A DNA stretch of 64,000 nt, from NCBI GenBank assembly GCA_904063045.1, contig CAJFCJ010000012.1:1736001-1800000 (forward strand), in the 5' to 3' direction. A model generated the notes under the pieces. The model was not told the origin of the DNA and did no database searches. It worked only from the letters and a program-made list of their open reading frames with translations. The stretch comes from Dimorphilus gyrociliatus (Eukaryota; Animalia; Annelida). Shown here piece by piece: positions 55,537-64,000 of this stretch; positions within the stretch are counted from its first letter, which is position 1, and every line of letters begins with the position of its first letter. Position numbers and translations under genes: made by a program.

Positions 55537-56056
55537 TGGTTTATTGTTTGAAAAATTGGGGCTAGAAAGAAGTTAATTGAAATTCTTATGATTTACTTTT
55601 AAAAAATAATCGAACATACGTTTCAAAAAAACGTCCTTATTCTGAAATATATCCTCAGTAGTAAGTTACGTTCAGATTACAGGCTGAGTCGGTTCACTGA
55701 TTGTGAATCTTACCAAAACCGTGGGTTTACTAACACGCCATATTACCGGAAGGTGGTTGGTAATATTTTACTTAAAGTAAACTGGTATTAAATTATATTG
55801 ATTTGAACGGTCAACTTTCAAAATTGAATTTTTTTTAATTTAAAAGACTAAAACTTTTTTCTTTGTGAAAAAGACAATGTAAAATAGATTACTACTACTG
55901 TTATATAAGTCAGCTTTAATCTTTTGCGTAGAGTAGTGAAATTCTAAAAAAAATACGATAGGTGGCAGCAAATTATTTCCGGAAAACAAAGTGTTTCCGG
56001 TTTCGAATTTGGATTTTTGTTTTAACTGCTCTTAAATAAAATTATCAAATCGGAGA

Positions 56057-57756
56057 ATGGAATGGTTGACAGGAAAGTCTAAATCTGACCAGCGTAATAA
56101 AAATACAACTCCGTTACAAGCTCAAAGGAATAGACAAATTGAACAATTAAAGAAAGTTAATCCAAAGTTTGTATGAGTAACATACACAAGATGATAACGT
56201 AATAGTTTTTTTATTATTTAGTGTTTATGAAGTTCAGCGGGGAGTGGACTATCGATTAAATTTAGTCGTTTCTGGAATAGATATTTTACTCTTTATGTAA
56301 GATTTTTAATAAAAATTCTAATACCTTCATGAGGATGTCATCTTATTTTAATTACAGTCATTTACCTCCCTACTTTCCTCAAGATAAACCATCAATTACA
56401 GTTAGTCCTAGTATTCAACATCCTTGGGTCAATGAAGATAATGTTATTTCGGGTTGTCCTGAATTGAATGATGTAAATTTTCCGATAGGGTTAAGATTAT
56501 AACGAAATAATGAATTTTCTTTTCAGTTTGTAATACACTCTGATTTAGGGAAAATCATAAAAGACATATTAGACAATTTGAAGAGGAATGGCCGAGTACC
56601 TCTTCCGACACAGTGAGAATTGATTAATATATATATATATATATATATTTATAATTATCTATTCTAAAAGATTTAAGCTAAAGAATTGCTCTTTCTATAG
56701 ATCAAACTACCCTAAAAATTCAACTCCTATGACCAGTGAAGTTAACAATTACTCTTACGCAAATGCAATGAGTACCACAACTTCTAGTGATATTATGCCT
56801 TATCCACAGTATTCAATGATACCTATAACTTCACAAACAGTTGTTTCGAGCTCCACAGTTAGTAAAAGAATTATTTAGCTATTTCTCTTTAATAAAAACT
56901 TTTATTTTCTCTATAATCTAGCGTCCTGCTCAAATATACAGTTCAAACGGATTATTCAATTCGCCTAATTATGTAAACGAATCGCAATCAAACGAGTATG
57001 ATTAAAATTCCCTTTAAAATGTTCTATAAAAGATACTTTTCCAATTAGTGAGAATAAGTATAAAGATCTTGTAATCGACCAAGAAAAGTTGATCGAAATG
57101 GCAATGAGTACAAACACTGGTCAGAATATTATTCAACAGAAACAGAAACTCTTTGAAAGCAACAAACAATTAGCGGGTACGAAATTATGCAACAATATAT
57201 TCCTATATTTATCATTAAATATAATTTCTTGTTTAATTGTTACAGAAACTAACTTAAATTTAAAAAGTGATTTAGAAAAATCGAGAGAAAAGCTGTTAGA
57301 CGAAGTAAGCTTAATTTTTTAATAAAATGATAGAATATAATTCTTTTAATACATCCTTTCTTCTCAACAAGTATACAAAACTATCAAATATGCGTAGCGA
57401 ATTTGATTACCTTTTGGAAAAACAAGATTCTTTACTACGTGCAGTTGATGCGTCAAATCTAAAATATAATCTTAAAGTTGCTACTGTTGAAGCGGAAGAA
57501 GCTAGTGACAAGCTAGCCGAAAAGTTTTTGGAAGGTAAAATTAGAGTTTTAATATCTTTTTTATTCTATATTTGATATTTTTTTTTAGGTAAGGTAAACC
57601 CAACGAAATTTATCGAGAACTATATTCAAGCCAGAACTGTATGTATAATAACAAAGAAATTATTACAAAATAACTTATCGTAAATTATCTTTACAGCTGT
57701 ATCACGCGCGCCGCGTCAAAGAAGAATATCTACAAGGACTCTCTTCAGAGACATGA
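56057..57756 (+). CDS. VPS37A: ESCRT-I subunit VPS37A (UEV-like N-terminus plus Mod(r) domain)
   Basis: MEWLTGK...LQAQRNRQIEQL, LPTFPQDKP, HSDLGKIIKDIL, LKVATVEAEEASDKLAEKFLEG and YHARRVKEE. Confidence 0.88.
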
Positions 57757-58136
57757 AAATTTATTTCAAAACCTTTTATAAATCTAATGCAATAAATTTT
57801 TCTTTTTATGAACGCTGAATATTTCATAATATTTAAAGGAGTCACCGTTGCCTATAAATATTTTTGTAATCGGATCTAGCAAATGATATTTGCTCGTCTT
57901 CGAGTCGAAGAATGGATAATGAGCAAATCATTAAGATCCTCACGAAAAAGATATATTGTCTGCATTGATTATACAACAATTTACACTTCGAAAATTGAGC
58001 TTCATTTATTTGAATATTCACTGTCATACTTAAATAAAACTTATTGAACCTGTTAAATTCGTACATATTGACTTTTGAAAGATTTTACCACCTTGCTCCA
58101 ATTTTTTGTCACGTTCATAAAGACTTGTGAATTACT

Positions 58137-61100
58137 ATGGAGCGATTGTCTATGATATTTTTTCTTCTTTGCATTTATTCAAAGCTCTTAACTATTAAAT
58201 CAGTACCATGTTCAAGTGGTCAACCTGTAGGATATACCGTATTTAGTGGATCTTATCAAAACTCTGATCCAGGAACGGGAACGTTACTTATTGAAAACAC
58301 TGCTAATACTTGGAAACCGACGGTATAATACGCTGTTCTTTAGAGATAATACATGTGTAATTTAAACGACTTTTATTAGTGTTGTGGAGTGATTACGGAA
58401 TGGACGATAACATTTACTGATTCAGATGACGTAAATATGCAAGTATGGAGGCCTATTGACACAACCTTGCGAAAATACAAACTTATAGGATCGAAGACGT
58501 TGACTTTATTTAGTTTGTTAATCTCAAAAAGAGATTAGCTGTGTGTCTTAATACTGTTTTGTTTGTTTTTACCTAAAAATCAGATCCAAATACTCCGATG
58601 GACCATACCGAAACATTCACGATGAACGATGACAATGAGAAATTAATTATTCATGAAAATGATGTTGTAGGATGGTATTCAGTAGGAGGGCTGGCTGTTA
58701 TTGCTTATGAAGACGATCCCTCTCTTGGGTCAGATTGGCTAACTTGGAGTATTCCGTCAAACGATCTAGGGAAAACTTTCGAATGGGAAATTCCGTCATT
58801 CCCTGATACGAGAGCTTACGGAATTGAATTTACAGTGGGGCAAGGTTATTTATTTGTATATTTATTCACCTTGTATGTTCTTTATTTATTCACTTTTATC
58901 TCATAAACTTTTAGGTACACCGCCTACTTTGTCAAATCTTCCAACTACAATCACAGTCGATGATAATATATTAGTTGGAAAAACCCTCTTTAAAGTTGAT
59001 TTCTCCAGTGTCCACTCAAATCATAGCTTGACTTTAAACAGTAGTATAAACGATAATTTCCACGTTAGTTCAGATGGAACAATCAAACTTGCTAAAAGCT
59101 TGGCAGGAAAAGCCGGCACTGTCGAAAATATCACTATATCAGTTACGGACGGATGCGAAACCACTGAAGAATTATTAATCATAAATATAAACTTGGGAAC
59201 AACAATCACTCCAGAGCTTCCAGCGAAAAGTAAATTCTTATTAGCCTTTCATCGAAAATTAAAGTATAAAAAGTATTTCTTTTTATCAGCGGTATGCTTT
59301 GCTGGCGACTCTCGAGGAACGGCTGACGTTACACTATATAGCGATGTTCCTAATATTCGAAATAGTTTGTAACAAATATTATTAATTGCATTTCTATAAA
59401 AATATATATAATACATTTTAGTGGTTGTTGCTAAAAGCAGCACTTTTACATCGAATTGTTGTGGTCATATATCTAGTTGGACAGTAAATCCTGCAGAAAC
59501 TACTGATGCTCATTTCTATGTTTGGCGACCAGTTGAAGGTGACAAGTACCTCTTAGTTGGAGCCAACAACGTCTCACGTAAGATTTATAGTCTTTAGAAA
59601 CTGTTACAATATTTATTCTTTTGATAGTTGATATAAATGCGGCTAGCGTTCTAGCAACGAGCGAGCAAATTTTTAGCATACCACCCGGAGAACGTATTCA
59701 AATACGACCCAAAGACGTTGTTGGATGGTAAGACATAACATTTAATAATGAATTAATACCTGTAAGAGTTCTTTCGTATGTAGGGTAGCCGATTCATTTG
59801 GTACAAATTCAGTATATGAATGCGATTTTTGTGGATTTGGGTCAGAAAATGGTGACTTTTTCGAAGTGGATCTAGCAACGGAGGGAGAAGCTATTTTAGG
59901 GCAAACTATGGATTTCACTAATTATTTGGCAGCCAGTCTCGGCTCAAACGACAAAGATTTCTCATTAAAATACGAAGTTGATCCAGGTGAACTTACACAA
60001 TAGATCAATAAAGTAAATTTTAATATATTTTTATTCAAATAGGAAATGCGCCGTCATTCAGCAATTTGCCTGAAACTAAAGATATTCCAGTTGACTCAGC
60101 AATTGGGACTACTTTGCATACAATAACTTATTCAGATGCTGATCCTGTTGACACTCCTGTTTTGTCCTTGTATAGTACACTTCCGGCAAGCGATTTCTTT
60201 GAATTAGCAGGGAATGGTGGTAATATTTATAAATTGAAAAGAAATATTATATTAAGTTAAATGTTCTGTCACATTGCATTTAGATATTAAACTAACAAAA
60301 ACAATTGAAAATTTAAGTGGAATTTATACATTACGTTTCCGGTTGACTGATGGATGTCACGATGTCTATGAAAATCTTACACTATCGCTAACACCCTTAA
60401 CGACAACTGCAGAAACAACTACAGAAGATATAACAACTACAGTTGCGACTACATCTACCGAAGCACCAACGACAACAGCCAAACAGACTACTGAAAAAAC
60501 TACAACGGAACAGACGACTAAAGAAACTACTACCGAAGCGCAAACGACTTCTCAAACGACAATTGAAGAAACAACTTCGAAGAAACTCGAGGAAACTACA
60601 ACGCAAAACCTTAAAGTCACTACAACTAGTAGTGCGCAAGACACCACTACTCAAGATTCAAGCCAAACTGCTGGATCAACTTCTCAAACAGTAAATAGAT
60701 TTTATTGATTTTATTTATTAAGTCTGATTATATCTGATTGTTTAGGCTAAGGGAACTGCATCAGGTATGTCTACATTTTTGACCGATTATACAACAAACT
60801 CAGCGGATTTATCTACCTCTCCTACTACTACATCGATAAATAACACAGAGACGAATGATAACACTTCAACACATATTACAAAAATTAATCCAACAACAGA
60901 GTCAACTACAATTCCTCCATCGATAAATAACACAGAGACGAATAATAGCACTTCAACACATACCACAAAAATTATTCCTATAACAGTGTCAACTGCAATT
61001 CCTTCATCGATAAATTACACAGAGACGAATGATAACACTTCGACACATATTACAAAAATTAATCCATCGACAGAGTCAACTACAATTCCTCAATCGATAA

Positions 61101-62451
61101 ATTATACAAAAACAAATGATAGCATTTCAACACATATTTCAAAAATTAATCCAACAACAGAGCCAACTACTATTACCTCTAATGATAAATTGTTTCAAAC
61201 ATCTGATCAAACCAGTTCAGCTTTTAAAACAAATAGTAAAACTTATAGCAGTACGACAGGAAAACCATTAATTACTACACTAATCGGTAAAATACAAACC
61301 ACACTTTCAACAAAGAAGATCAGGAGTACTACTTTTACCTCAGCTATACAAACAACAACTAAAAACAGGAAGACTACATCTAAAATCAGGAAAACAACAA
61401 AAAGTGTTCAACCAACAGAGAAAACTACAAGTATCTATACAATTTCCTAAAGCAATATAAAATCTATATAGTATTCAATTGATGAACTTAATTCTACAAA
61501 CGAATATCACAGAGTTAACTAGCATTAGAATGTCCAGTTCAGGTATAAAAAGGGTTATTTGTATGCTATCTTTCCTTCTCCTCCTCCTCCTCCTCTTTTT
61601 TAAATATGACCACATTAAACAAGTCAACCGTTTCTTTTCTCGGTTTATTTACACAAGCGCTCCTTTTAAAAAGTCAAAATTAACTTTACTATTGCACAAT
61701 GTCACCTATGCCACACATTATTAATCCTTTATTAACAAATTAACCAATTGTATTTAATATTTCTTTACTATCATTATTGTTTCTAATGAGATGTTCCTTT
61801 TCCAAAAAAAACCTATTTATATAGCTCCTAATGAGACTGCGAAGAATAATACAAATTCAAATGACTCTGACAAGGGAATATTAGAGACTACTGAAGGATT
61901 GGTAAAAATGTTTTGTAAAAATAAGCTTAGGACTCGAGTAACTAATAAATATTTTAAATTAGATATTAATTGGAGTTGTTGCTGGAATTTTAGTTGTTCT
62001 CTCTATTATCGGAATTGTTACAGCAGTTATGATGTGCAACATTTGGAAAATGAAAAAGGCTTTCTCAGTGTTTGTATACAAAAGTTTTTCATTATCAACG
62101 AACGAAAACTTTTATTAATTTAATTTCAGTCCTCGACAAGTCGAATCTATAGAAAGTTCGAATGAGGTTCAGAATAATTACAAGAAAACTGTCTCTGATA
62201 GGCCTGAAACAGCTTCATCCAACAATAGTCGATTATCGAGACAATGTAGCAATATTCATTTCAAGCTAATGTTATATAGATAAAAACAATTTTGTAAATT
62301 TTCAGCAAGAAGTCATACTCATAGTCCAAATCTCAATGAAATGACTCCTCCAAATACGCCATCTGTTTCCAGATCCAGTATTGTCTCTCCAAGGAATGTC
62401 AATCTAACTCCAAGAAGTAATTTGACTCCAAGAGATGCGAAATTCTGGTAA
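58137..62451 (+). CDS. Type-I membrane protein: signal peptide, two (unnamed CCG/VWRP domain + cadherin-like domain) units, Thr-rich mucin stalk, TM helix and S/TP-rich tail
   Basis: Phase-consistent exon chain. Repeated CCG..W....VWRP....Y.L.G...D.VGW domain, cadherin-like P.FSNLP...DAD...TDGC modules, TM ILIGVVAGILVVLSIIGIVTAVMMC, and a stop at 62451 (…PRDAKFW). Confidence 0.75.
60833..61172 (+). repeat. Coding tandem repeat, 87-bp (29-aa) unit, about 4 copies
   Basis: TCGATAAAT recurs at 60833, 60920, 61007 and 61094. The unit is SINNTETNDNTSTHITKINPTTESTTIPP. Confidence 0.92.
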
Positions 62452-62706
62452 CATAGATGAAAAAGTAATGAAAAGTATCACAAAAATAAAACTGCAGGAG
62501 AATGATGACATTCGACGACGAATCCATAAAAGAAAGAAGCTAATATATTTAACAAAATTAAAACATATTCCATTCTATCGATCTTTTATATATAGCTATC
62601 GGTTCACAAGTGTTGAACATTTCGGGTAAACGTGTTTACCCTAAATGTGTAACTCTTTTGCTTCAGATATCTGTGTTTTGTTTTTTCATTATTTCTTGAA
62701 TTCTTT

Positions 62707-63651
62707 TCAAGCGAAATAAAAGTCTAAGTGCTCTTCTTCCTCTAAATGGTTATTTGCATGTTCATTAATTAGAGTCTTAGGTATACGATCCTGGCAGAAA
62801 ATACACACTTCCGTTTCCTCTTCTCCTGCAATAGATCCGCATGTAAGGCAATGTTCCTGAAGTTCACTTAATGATTTCCAATTTTTTTTCTCACAAATAG
62901 GACAAGTTAGTCCATCTGATCTGATGGATGCAGAATGATCGAAACTGACATTTGAATTAATTGCTACATCATTAGATGCATTGTCTATATTTCTATCATA
63001 ACGATGATCTCGAGAGTCTAATGATAGTCTAAAGTCCAATGATGGTAAATTACATTGATAATTGAAGTTACAATTCGTTTCCGAAATTGTGGAACAGCCA
63101 TCGGTGCTATCTAAAAAGTCTCTTGAATATGTTTTTGCAGTATTTGAAAATTCTCTTCCATTATTTTTAACGGTATTAGACACTGATTTACTGTGAAACA
63201 AAAGTCTAGCTGTTTCTCTATTTTTCTGACTTAATTCCTTGATTTTTAATGAATATTGTCGAACAATGTTACGAAACACAGTTAATTCATTTTCTAATTT
63301 TGAAATCTGTTCCAATTGTTCTCTTATAATAAATCTGTCCTTTTTTACAACGCTCTCCATGTTCCTACCGACTGCTTTAAGGATATTGTTAAATACCAAA
63401 TGAGTATTAGAATGATATCCATTATCACTTTCACTTTCTGCTTGTCTTACACTAACAAAGTCTTCAATATTTTCATTAGATGTCAATAGCACTTTTAGTT
63501 GATTAGGTAAGGCCTTAAACTGACTCTCAAACATTTCTATTCTTGATGTCAAGCTTATGATTTCCTCATCTTTTTTTTTCATCTGTATTTTCAATATCTC
63601 ACATTCTCGTTCCTTTTTCTTAAGATCCGTCTCCTTATGTAAATTGTTCAT
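62707..63651 (-). CDS. Single-exon coiled-coil protein with two C-terminal UBZ-like zinc fingers
   Basis: Intact 314-aa ORF with heptad-rich segments, then CPICEKKNWKSLSELQEHCLTC and CIFCQDRIPKTLINEHANNH. Confidence 0.75.
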   Translation of the reverse strand: MNNLHKETDLKKKERECEILKIQMKKKDEEIISLTSRIEMFESQFKALPNQLKVLLTSNENIEDFVSVRQAESESDNGYHSNTHLVFNNILKAVGRNMESVVKKDRFIIREQLEQISKLENELTVFRNIVRQYSLKIKELSQKNRETARLLFHSKSVSNTVKNNGREFSNTAKTYSRDFLDSTDGCSTISETNCNFNYQCNLPSLDFRLSLDSRDHRYDRNIDNASNDVAINSNVSFDHSASIRSDGLTCPICEKKNWKSLSELQEHCLTCGSIAGEEETEVCIFCQDRIPKTLINEHANNHLEEEEHLDFYFA

Positions 63652-64000
63652 TTGTATATTAGAGAATTTTCAGTCAATATTCCTTTTTTTTGGCTTCAAC
63701 AAATATTCCAATCGTGTGTTGCCCTTAAAAATGTAAACTATTTTCATATTAAATATTTAAGATTATTTGTAACTTTTGTATCCTTCTGTTTTTGAATAAA
63801 AATAACATTGGATTTTTTACTTTTCTCTAAACTAAAATAATAATACGTTTTAGACAATATAACTTATTTTTTATTTTTGAGACTATAATGATAATACCTA
63901 GTTGAACAATGTTTTGTTAATTTGCTATGTACAGGACACTCATTTATCTAGCAGCGCCATTTTGTATTCAGTTTTTTTACGTCTGTTTTACTAACCTCTG

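Overview
This is AT-rich, gene-dense eukaryotic nuclear DNA with very short spliceosomal introns (mostly about 45-120 nt) and roughly one gene per 3 kb. That fits a miniaturised invertebrate genome; a compact lophotrochozoan such as the annelid Dimorphilus is plausible, but this is inference only. Recognisable genes, left to right: COA5 (partial), UBE2K, PRPS1/2, C2CD2L/TMEM24 (with two SLC16 transporter genes nested antisense in one intron), a PSTPIP-like F-BAR gene, L2HGDH, presenilin, COX10, LARS2, UFD1, NUP58, UBE2J1, RFC3, SHROOM, CNOT7/8 and VPS37A. Unassigned or unusual genes are a MYND-UBL-UBA protein, a stand-alone Gypsy-type aspartic pseudo-protease sharing a divergent promoter with RFC3, a cadherin-like/mucin type-I membrane protein, a coiled-coil protein with two UBZ-like fingers, and a few orphan ORFs. 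Manual splice reconstruction suggests duplicated alternative last exons in PRPS, a mutually exclusive exon pair in C2CD2L, an internal first exon in SHROOM, a mucin-stalk splice switch and a GC-AG intron in UFD1. I found no rRNA, credible tRNA, CRISPR array or intact mobile element. Gene identities come from recalled protein motifs, not database searches, and exon boundaries were read by hand.
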